Positions 58,156 through 64,000 of a DNA stretch of 64,000 nucleotides are shown here, piece by piece. The translations under genes and the position numbers were made by a program. Positions within the stretch are counted from its first letter, which is position 1, and the number at the start of each line of letters is the position of its first letter. A model generated the notes under the pieces. It was not told the DNA's origin, ran no database searches, and was given only the letters and a program-made list of their open reading frames with translations. Source of the DNA: Thiomargarita sp. (GTDB lineage: Bacteria > Pseudomonadota > Gammaproteobacteria > Beggiatoales > Beggiatoaceae); assembly GCA_020721045.1 (NCBI GenBank), contig DYNN01000002.1, positions 15,567 to 79,566 on the forward strand. Direction: 5' to 3'.

Positions 58156-61100
58156 ATGAACATGAAAAAAACGGCATTTGCCTCTGCCTTAGCGCTGGCG
58201 TTAGCCAGTAGCTCTGCGTGGGCGGCAGACTGTGCTGATCCAAGTGTTGGTTTGGGTAAAGATGTGAACGTAGGCTTTACCACTTACACATGTAGCGGTC
58301 AGTTTATCCTTGATAAAGTAACTGTTAGAGCAGGTGAGACTGTCAACCTCGCATTGATGGGACTGAATAAAAATAATGAAGTTGATCGCTTTGGTGAACA
58401 AGGTGGTTCTGTCATTATGGGTGTAGTAAACACAGTTCAAGGGCAGATTAGTGCTGTTCCTGTGGGTGGTGGGGTGTGGAATGAGCAAGGCGATAAAACG
58501 CCAGGTGCCACACCTAATGATTCTAAACCGGGATATGGTAATTTTGCTTCTCAAGTGAGATATATTCGCTTAGATCAAGGTAACGGTCAAATCAGCATCT
58601 ACTATCCACCGGAAGCGACCGGGGAAGATATTTTAACCCTCACTTTACAAGAAAGAAGAGCGACTGCCAACGGTGGTGTAGAGTTCAACGTCATTACCAA
58701 AGCAGAAAAAGTCGTTAAAATTGAACCACCTTCTGATAATCCCGGTGCTTTATATATTACCGCGTTCATGGCGCCTCTCGGTGATGAGAAGGGTATGAGC
58801 GATACGGATTCAGGGGATGGCATCTATGGTACGATGACAGCTGGTGCTTCCGGCGCTGAAGTTGTGATCGTTGCACGTAACGATAGAGCAGCTGGCGCAA
58901 TTACGCTTACTTTGAGCAAGGGTGATACTAAACTAACTTATACCGGTAAGATGACACGTGGCGTTGCCAAGATTAACTTAGATTCCAATGTTAAGTTAGC
59001 TGGTTCCTACTACATCAAAGCTGAGTTTGCTGGATTTGATGGTAGCAGTGTAGGTATGGTTAACGCTGATAAAGTCTATGTATATCCAACAGGTAAACCG
59101 ACTAAACTGAAACTCACCAGTGTTAAAAGCCGTATTAGTGAAAAAGTAGAAGGTGGTGGCACTGAAGTGTGGGGACAATTATTAGATGTATACGGTAACT
59201 CCACCAGTAACCGTGCTGGTAGTGAAGTGCGTTTCATCATCAAAGATGGAAATGGCATTGCTAGCAGTTCTGCACTAGATTTAACTGTTCCAGCCTCTGA
59301 TCCCAATGGTATGGCAGTTGCCAGAACGAATGATAATATTTTGGGCAACGTGGCGGGTGAAGTCAAAGAAGGAATTGTTTCTTTAGTGGCAACAGCTGCT
59401 CATGCAGATAATACACCTAACAGTGCAATTGCTGCTTCCGATCCACTTGAAATCCAAGTAGTTAAGGAGTCTGTCACCGCTGTTTTACACTCTGAACTTG
59501 CAGCTATGGTTGGGCTTGGTACCTCTCCTCTTGCAGGAAATGAGTTTAAAGCTTTCGTTATTGGTACAACTGATGGTGCAAATCCTGGTCAAATTGTACT
59601 CAAGAACTTGACTACAAAGGAAGAACTTACTGTAAACCCTAATGCAGATAAAGAAGTTGAAGCCCTCTTCAAAAAGGCAACTGCTGGCAATCGTTATCTA
59701 TTATCTGATAAGCAAGGTAAGTATGGACAAACTGTAGTTGTTGGTACTGGTATTAGCACCGCAGCGTCAACTTTGGTCGATGTTCGCAATGCGCATGGTG
59801 AAGTACAAACTAAGATTATTCCTTGGTTTGACAACGATGCCAAAACCTACGTTACTGTGGTACCAGAAATTGCATTCAATATGACTGATGCCTTTGGTAA
59901 TCAAACGACACCTGGTATTGAAACTGTCACAGGTTCTTTCTACCTGAAATCTTCCAATGGTACAGTGGCTTATAACACACTTGAAGGTGATCGTGGTGTA
60001 CCAAGCCGTGCACCTGGTTATTATCCTACGGTGACTTATACCGCAATGGGTGAAAGTGCGTTTGTGGGTGAAGATGTTATTGATGTAACCTTTACCAAAC
60101 CTGGTTTGGGTACCACGGAAACGAAGATCAAATCACCAATTGAAGGTATTAACAAGCTCAAAGCCTTTGGTGCTTACATCGAACAACTCAAGATTCCAGT
60201 AAACAGCGAAGTTGCTTTAGCAGTGGAAGCTTTGGGTACAGACGGTGATGTCTTTACTGATGTTGCTTCTGCCAGAGTGAAATTCAATATCTCTGAAGAA
60301 GATGGTTTGCTCGAATCCTTCAAAATGTATGAAGTTTACGGTGAAACCGATTCATTGACTTCATGGGGCGGTCAAGAAGTGTTTGACGGACAAACTTTGA
60401 ACTTCGGCGAATCTGGTGGACGTAAAGTCTTCCAAGTGGAAGGTGGACCTAAAGAAGGTAAATTTACTGTTACTTTCTCGGATATTAACGAAGCTGGTGT
60501 TTCTCCTGTCACGTTAGAATTTGAAGTCACTGGTCAATTAGTTGAACCAGTATGTAGCGCAACTGATCCAACTGCCTGTAAAACTGAAGAAGAATGTACT
60601 GCAGTCAATGGTGCGTGGGATGCAGCGACTAGCTCTTGTAGTGTTAAAGATGTAACGGGTTGTAGTGCTGAAAACCCATCTGCGTGTACTGATGAAGCGA
60701 GCTGTGTAGCTACAGGTGGTGCTATTTATCTTGAAGGTTATGCGGGTGTAACTGACGGTTGTTATGGTGTACCTACTGATCCAACTGAAACCGTTTCAGA
60801 TGTTATTTACAAAGATGGCACGCGTACCACTATAGATGGTTACTTTGCGGGTGGCGTACTCGTCGATGGTAAATTCTCTAAGAGTGAAAAAGCGGGTTCT
60901 GATCTAGGCAAGGTGACGATTGGTTTCAACTATAAGCCAGTGGCAGAGCATGTTGGTCAAGATGTGCACTTGTTAACAGTTGTTGGTGTTGAATCTCCTG
61001 ATACCGGTCCAATCGATGGTAGCTTTGATACCAGTTACTTCGGTTTGAGTGAATTCATCGGTGATTTCTATCCTGTGAATATTTATGCAGACAACCATCC

Positions 61101-61362
61101 TGATGATGAAGAATTGCCTGAAGGACAAATCAATCAAACAGGTTATTGGGCTGATGAAGTTGCTAAGTTAGCTGAAAAACCCTATCTTAAGGGTGTAACC
61201 TTACAAGCTGATGAACAAATCGTATTAGTACCGGGCGATTTGGGTGATTTGGGTGGTTTCAAAGGCGCATTATACTTCTTCGTGGGTTATATGCTGACCG
61301 GTGGCGATGACAAAGATGCTATTGTGTTTAATAATCGTCCAATTGTTTTAATAGTTGAATAA
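58156..61362 (+). CDS. large secreted multi-Ig-like surface protein (S-layer/sheath/adhesin candidate)
   Basis: GGAG at 58143-58146, 9 nt before the ATG at 58156. Signal peptide MNMKKTAFASALALALASSSAWA. Repeated Big-like beta-sandwich motifs (LDVYGNSTSNRAGSEV, MTDAFGNQTTPG). A Cys-rich duplicated module near the C-terminus. Acidic, and the codons are rich in GGT/GCT/ACT/GAA. The TTG-start extension at 58120 is rejected. Confidence 0.8.
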   Translation: MNMKKTAFASALALALASSSAWAADCADPSVGLGKDVNVGFTTYTCSGQFILDKVTVRAGETVNLALMGLNKNNEVDRFGEQGGSVIMGVVNTVQGQISAVPVGGGVWNEQGDKTPGATPNDSKPGYGNFASQVRYIRLDQGNGQISIYYPPEATGEDILTLTLQERRATANGGVEFNVITKAEKVVKIEPPSDNPGALYITAFMAPLGDEKGMSDTDSGDGIYGTMTAGASGAEVVIVARNDRAAGAITLTLSKGDTKLTYTGKMTRGVAKINLDSNVKLAGSYYIKAEFAGFDGSSVGMVNADKVYVYPTGKPTKLKLTSVKSRISEKVEGGGTEVWGQLLDVYGNSTSNRAGSEVRFIIKDGNGIASSSALDLTVPASDPNGMAVARTNDNILGNVAGEVKEGIVSLVATAAHADNTPNSAIAASDPLEIQVVKESVTAVLHSELAAMVGLGTSPLAGNEFKAFVIGTTDGANPGQIVLKNLTTKEELTVNPNADKEVEALFKKATAGNRYLLSDKQGKYGQTVVVGTGISTAASTLVDVRNAHGEVQTKIIPWFDNDAKTYVTVVPEIAFNMTDAFGNQTTPGIETVTGSFYLKSSNGTVAYNTLEGDRGVPSRAPGYYPTVTYTAMGESAFVGEDVIDVTFTKPGLGTTETKIKSPIEGINKLKAFGAYIEQLKIPVNSEVALAVEALGTDGDVFTDVASARVKFNISEEDGLLESFKMYEVYGETDSLTSWGGQEVFDGQTLNFGESGGRKVFQVEGGPKEGKFTVTFSDINEAGVSPVTLEFEVTGQLVEPVCSATDPTACKTEEECTAVNGAWDAATSSCSVKDVTGCSAENPSACTDEASCVATGGAIYLEGYAGVTDGCYGVPTDPTETVSDVIYKDGTRTTIDGYFAGGVLVDGKFSKSEKAGSDLGKVTIGFNYKPVAEHVGQDVHLLTVVGVESPDTGPIDGSFDTSYFGLSEFIGDFYPVNIYADNHPDDEELPEGQINQTGYWADEVAKLAEKPYLKGVTLQADEQIVLVPGDLGDLGGFKGALYFFVGYMLTGGDDKDAIVFNNRPIVLIVE

Positions 61363-61395
61363 TCATTTAGTATTTTCAACTGAATAGTTGTATCT

Positions 61396-61435
61396 ACGAC
61401 ATGTCATAGCAATGTGGCATGTCGTTTTTTTTTTT
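61396..61435 (+). terminator. strong rho-independent terminator after the surface-protein gene
   Basis: ACGACATG (61396-61403) pairs with CATGTCGT (61418-61425), followed by a run of 11 T. Confidence 0.8.
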
Positions 61436-61446
61436 GGAGTAACGAA

Positions 61447-62208
61447 ATGAAACGGTTAATCGCCTATACGAGTCTATTAATTTTATCAATGAATAAAATC
61501 TATGCCTTTGATTTGTTTGATCCGGAACGTGGTAAGATACCTCCTCCTCCTCCGACGGTTGCCGAACAGCCTAAACCAAAGGAAGAGCCTAAGCCGCCTC
61601 CCGTTAATCCCTTTGCGGCACCACCTAAGCCACCACCTGTACAACGTGATTTTGTCCTGCGTGGTATCAGTCGCATTGGAAACATGTATAAAGTTATTTT
61701 GCAACCTCCTGATGGTAAACCTGCTTTTGTTCAAGATTGGAAACCTCAAGAAGTGAATAAAATTAAGGGGTTTAGCGATTATATTTTATTAAATGTAGAA
61801 TCGCGTGAAGTCGGAATCAGCTATCCAGAAGCATCTTGTTTAAAAAATAATTCGCAAATTGGAGTAAAATGCAGTTCTGATAATAAAGTGGCTACATTAG
61901 AGCTGGTAGCACGCGACGCAATTCCTGCGGCAGTTGCCCCTCCCCCTCCTTCAACACCGCCACCTAATCCGTTTGCTTTAGCGGCAATGTCGGCTGCTAA
62001 TAATGCAACACCAGAGGAATTGGCGAAACATGAAGAGGAAATTGCAAAACGTCGAGAGGTTTATCAAAATTTTCAAAGGCAAGTCATTAAAGATGAAGAT
62101 GTACCCCCAGGTATGCGGGTTGTACGTACCCCTTTTGGAGATCGCTTAGTACCTGATAATGGTGAATCCGATGCTCCGCCTCCGGTCAAAAGGAATCAAA
62201 GACGATAA
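61447..62208 (+). CDS. secreted proline-rich protein
   Basis: GGAG at 61436-61439 followed by the ATG at 61447. Signal peptide MKRLIAYTSLLILSMNKIYA. Two Pro-rich tracts, each ending PP(V/P)NPFA, flank a beta-rich core. The 61414 start lies inside the upstream terminator and is rejected. Confidence 0.7.
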   Translation: MKRLIAYTSLLILSMNKIYAFDLFDPERGKIPPPPPTVAEQPKPKEEPKPPPVNPFAAPPKPPPVQRDFVLRGISRIGNMYKVILQPPDGKPAFVQDWKPQEVNKIKGFSDYILLNVESREVGISYPEASCLKNNSQIGVKCSSDNKVATLELVARDAIPAAVAPPPPSTPPPNPFALAAMSAANNATPEELAKHEEEIAKRREVYQNFQRQVIKDEDVPPGMRVVRTPFGDRLVPDNGESDAPPPVKRNQRR

Positions 62209-62238
62209 TGTTTAATTTTATTTAAAGTTCTAATTACT

Positions 62239-63846
62239 ATGACCCAACAAAGTTATTATGACGTATTAGTGATCGGCAGTGGTGCCGCTGGTCTAAGCCT
62301 TGCGCTTGAATTAGTGGAACATATTCAAGATATTAGCATTGCTATTTTATCAAAAGATACTTTAGAAGCCGGTAGTACTCAACATGCACAAGGCGGCATT
62401 TCTGTTGTGCTTGGAGAAGATGATTCGTTGGCTTCACATGTTGATGATACTTTAAATGCAGGGGCGGGTTTATGTAATCCTGAAATTGTGAGTTTTACCG
62501 TCGCACAAGGTCCTGATCGTATTGCTTGGTTAATCAATCAAGGCGTGCCTTTTACTCAGCAATTTGATGGATTAGGGCATTTAACTTATCATTTGACCCG
62601 TGAAGGTGGGCATAGTCATCGTCGTGTGATTCATGTAGAAGATGCAACGGGTAAGGCAATTATCGATACACTGATTGCTAACGCGCATCGTCATCAAAAC
62701 ATTGAGTTATTAGAACGACATATTTTAGTTGATCTGATTAATGGCAAAAAGATTGGTTTATCATCAACGCGTTGCATGGGTGCTTATGTACTAGATCGTG
62801 ATAATGCAAAAGTTAAAGTCATACGTGCTCGTTTCGTGATTTTGGCGACGGGTGGTGCGGGTAAAGTTTATTTATATACCAGTAATCCTGATGTGGCAAC
62901 TGGCGATGGGATTGCAACTGCATGGCGTATTGGTTGTCGTATTGCTAATATGGAATTTATTCAATTTCATCCCACTTGCTTATATCATCCTGATGCAAAA
63001 TCGTTTTTAATTAGCGAAGCAGTACGTGGCGAAGGTGGTAAATTATTATTGCCTAATGGCGCGACTTTCATGGAAAATTTTCATCCCCGCGGCGAATTAG
63101 CCCCACGAGATGTTGTTGCTCGCGCCATTGATCATGAAATGAAGCGGTTAGGTAGTGATTGTGTTTTTCTAGATATTAGCCACAAACCCGCGGATTTCAT
63201 CACTTCGCATTTTCCTAATATTTATGAATATTGTTTAGAATTAGGTTACGACATGACACGCCAGCCAATTCCCGTAGTACCCGCTGCGCATTATACTTGT
63301 GGCGGTATCGTCACTGATAAAAATGCGTGCACGGATATTGAAGGATTATATGCCATTGGAGAAGTTGCTTTTACTGGCTTGCATGGTGCTAACCGTATGG
63401 CGAGTAATTCTTTGTTAGAATGTCTGGTTTTTGCACACAGTGCTTGTCAACATATTATTGAACATTATCATACGACAACCGTTCCACAAACATTGCCAGA
63501 ATGGGATGAAAGTCGCGTAACTGATTCAGATGAAGAAGTAGTGGTTGCCCATAATTGGGATGAATTAAGACGTTTCATGTGGGATTACGTAGGTATTGTT
63601 CGCACTACCAAACGCTTGCAACGAGCAAAACACCGAATTGATTTACTACACAGCGAAATTCAAGAATATTATAGTCATTTTAGAGTCACTAACGATTTGA
63701 TTGAATTAAGGAATCTAGCAGTTGTCGCAGATTTAATTATCACTTCTGCCTTATTACGCAAGGAAAGTCGTGGATTACACTATACTTTAGATTATGCGAG
63801 AACAGATGCGTTAATTCAAAATACCGTTTTAGTAAAATCACTTTAA
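62239..63846 (+). CDS. nadB: L-aspartate oxidase
   Basis: FAD motif [26 protein letters not shown] and [11 protein letters not shown]. 535 aa. Confidence 0.9.
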   Translation: MTQQSYYDVLVIGSGAAGLSLALELVEHIQDISIAILSKDTLEAGSTQHAQGGISVVLGEDDSLASHVDDTLNAGAGLCNPEIVSFTVAQGPDRIAWLINQGVPFTQQFDGLGHLTYHLTREGGHSHRRVIHVEDATGKAIIDTLIANAHRHQNIELLERHILVDLINGKKIGLSSTRCMGAYVLDRDNAKVKVIRARFVILATGGAGKVYLYTSNPDVATGDGIATAWRIGCRIANMEFIQFHPTCLYHPDAKSFLISEAVRGEGGKLLLPNGATFMENFHPRGELAPRDVVARAIDHEMKRLGSDCVFLDISHKPADFITSHFPNIYEYCLELGYDMTRQPIPVVPAAHYTCGGIVTDKNACTDIEGLYAIGEVAFTGLHGANRMASNSLLECLVFAHSACQHIIEHYHTTTVPQTLPEWDESRVTDSDEEVVVAHNWDELRRFMWDYVGIVRTTKRLQRAKHRIDLLHSEIQEYYSHFRVTNDLIELRNLAVVADLIITSALLRKESRGLHYTLDYARTDALIQNTVLVKSL

Positions 63847-63859
63847 AAGAGATATCGTA

Positions 63860-64000
63860 ATGGTTCCATTTGTTTTGATGACATTTTTGCTTTTATGTTT
63901 CAATACTTGGGCAGATGAATTTACAAAAACTTCACAAGAAGCAATTCCTGTTAGTGTTACTATGACCGCCTTGCGCCAAATGCAGGCATTACAAAAAAAG
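63860..64000 (+). CDS. 5' fragment of a gene for a signal-peptide protein (runs off the window)
   Basis: The ATG at 63860 opens a frame that stays open to base 64000 (MVPFVLMTFLLLCFNTWA/DEFTK...). Function unknown. Confidence 0.4.
   Translation, partial: MVPFVLMTFLLLCFNTWADEFTKTSQEAIPVSVTMTALRQMQALQKK

Overview
This 64-kb window comes from an AT-rich gammaproteobacterial chromosome. Hand counts on sampled 60-nt lines give about 40-45 % GC in core genes and 18-33 % in some accessory genes. The window spans the rpmH-rnpA-yidD-yidC / dnaA neighbourhood. The gene content (Calvin-cycle-type class II aldolase, bacteriohemerythrin, a Psr-like molybdoenzyme, many sensor kinases) would fit a sulfur-oxidising Thiotrichales/Beggiatoaceae-like organism, but that is only an inference.

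Most of the window is ordinary housekeeping: glyA, ribD, manC, hrcA, queDE, pckA, aguA, fba, glnK-amtB, galU, parC, ygfZ, dapE, trpE and nadB. I recognised no rRNA, tRNA, CRISPR array, transposase or integrase.

Five regions deserve a second look:
1. 50.0-57.7 kb: a Tat-exported Psr/Phs/Arr-like molybdoenzyme ABC operon sits directly after dnaA, where dnaN would be expected. It is followed by a tightly packed tail of TorD-like, HybE-like, CheW-like and S8-protease genes.
2. 57.7-62.2 kb: a strongly signalled gene for a 1068-aa multi-Ig secreted protein (S-layer or sheath candidate), followed by a proline-rich secreted protein.
3. 28-44 kb: five sensor kinases share one transmitter module and no response regulator is present. 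Two copies share a 770-nt perfectly identical 3' block, differ by an in-frame PAS-domain indel, and one is flanked by a duplicated chemoreceptor leader.
4. 26.1-28.2 kb: an apparent operon of a TauE-like permease, a small unknown protein and an orphan Cas6-like RAMP protein.
5. 12.1-15.4 kb: a 1102-aa glycosyltransferase ORF that is mosaic in composition.

All family assignments rest on motifs I could read in the translations. None has been checked against a database.
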